Shown: positions 63,407 to 64,000 of the stretch, one piece after another
How the letters are laid out: every line of letters begins with the position of its first letter
Position numbering within the stretch: the first letter of the stretch is position 1
From: Fibrobacteria bacterium
GTDB taxonomy: Bacteria; Fibrobacterota; Fibrobacteria; UBA11236
Length of the DNA stretch: 64,000 nt
Assembly (NCBI GenBank): GCA_043745805.1
Contig: JAYTSD010000008.1
Span: 288,001-352,000, forward strand
Direction of reading: 5' to 3'
Notes under the pieces: model-generated
What the model was told of the DNA's origin: nothing
Seen by the model: the letters and a program-made list of their open reading frames with translations, nothing else
Databases searched by the model: none
Translations under genes and position numbers: made by a program

Positions 63407-63435
63407 ATCTTAACGAGGACCTTAACGCTTGTCAA
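63407..63435 (-). promoter_or_regulatory. Sigma70-type promoter upstream of hpf-hprK
   Basis: Minus strand TTGACA-N17-TAAGAT. Confidence 0.7.
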
Positions 63436-63458
63436 GCGCTAAAGTGAATTTTACGGCA

Positions 63459-64000
63459 TCAATATTGTTTTCGCAGCCGGGCAGGGAGAATTTCCAGCTG
63501 ATCGCGGTATTTGGCAACTGTTCTGCGAGCGACATCTAAATTCTTGCTTTTCAAAATTTCCACAATTTTTTGGTCACTTAAGGGCTTTTTTGCATCTTCT
63601 GAACCAATAAGCCTTTTGATTTCTTCTTTTGCCGTCACCGAAGAGACTTCACTGCCATCGGCTTGCGTGACACCGGCGGTAAAAAAATACTTGAGTTCAA
63701 AAATACCATGTTTGGTTTGTACATACTTGCCATTGGTCACTCGGCTAACCGTAGAGATATGCATGCTGATTTTATCCGCTACATCTTGGAGAATAAGCGG
63801 TCGTAAATAGGTTGGTCCTTGGGTAAAAAACTCAGGTTGGGTTTCCACAATGGCATGCATCACTTTTAACATGGTGGATTTACGCTGTTCAATGGCGCGA
63901 ATTAACCAAGTCGCAGAATTTAATTTATCTCTAACGAATTTTTTTTCTTCGGTGCGTGCTTTACTACCCTTACGTAACAAATCTGCATAAGCTTTGGAAA
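63459..64000 (-). CDS. rpoN: RNA polymerase sigma-54 factor, C-terminal part (5' end outside the window)
   Basis: HISTVSRVT HTH, FELKYFF, PLSDQKI and RpoN box ARRTVAKYR. The frame is open to the window edge. Confidence 0.97.
   Translation of the reverse strand, partial: SKAYADLLRKGSKARTEEKKFVRDKLNSATWLIRAIEQRKSTMLKVMHAIVETQPEFFTQGPTYLRPLILQDVADKISMHISTVSRVTNGKYVQTKHGIFELKYFFTAGVTQADGSEVSSVTAKEEIKRLIGSEDAKKPLSDQKIVEILKSKNLDVARRTVAKYRDQLEILPARLRKQY

Noticed and set aside
1-64000. CRISPR arrays, IS elements, prophage, frameshifted or recoded genes, sigma54 -24/-12 sites
   Set aside because: I saw no regularly spaced repeats or mobile-element genes. Recognised genes have normal lengths with no split ORFs. 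No convincing TGGCAC-N5-TTGC was found in the intergenic regions I read, although the by-eye scan was not exhaustive.

Overview
Dense, intact chromosomal backbone (~55 CDS, 3 tRNAs: Cys-GCA, Gly-CCC, Leu-CAA) from an AT-rich diderm bacterium. The taxon is probably FCB group, most likely Fibrobacterota; this is inferred from gene style and not verified by search. I see no integrase, transposase, phage gene, CRISPR array or rRNA. Main blocks, left to right: (1) a minus-strand envelope operon fusing a peptide-type ABC importer with TPR, TolB-like and CsgG/TolB_N-like proteins; (2) tamB-tamA/L-PEGA; (3) an FlhB-C-like gene plus an anti-sigma/STAS partner-switching trio; (4) PPIases, ndk, glycerolipid genes and an atypical Ser/Thr kinase; (5) rplU-rpmA, an FN3/FGE lipoprotein, mutY, nadA, miaB, panD, rsfS and argS; (6) a 17-kb minus-strand run rpoN-hpf-hprK-mlaD-GH57-ptsH-ptsI-slt-DUF4159-DUF4175-mlaE-glnD. 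The best hidden item is in the largest intergenic gap (45938-46601). It is a complete transcription unit missed by the ORF track: a sigma70-type promoter with an overlapping palindrome, a ~225-nt structured leader, a perfect 12-nt Shine-Dalgarno, a 28-aa (KKxx)n histone-H1-like peptide and an intrinsic terminator. All family calls come from motif recognition by eye, not from database searches.
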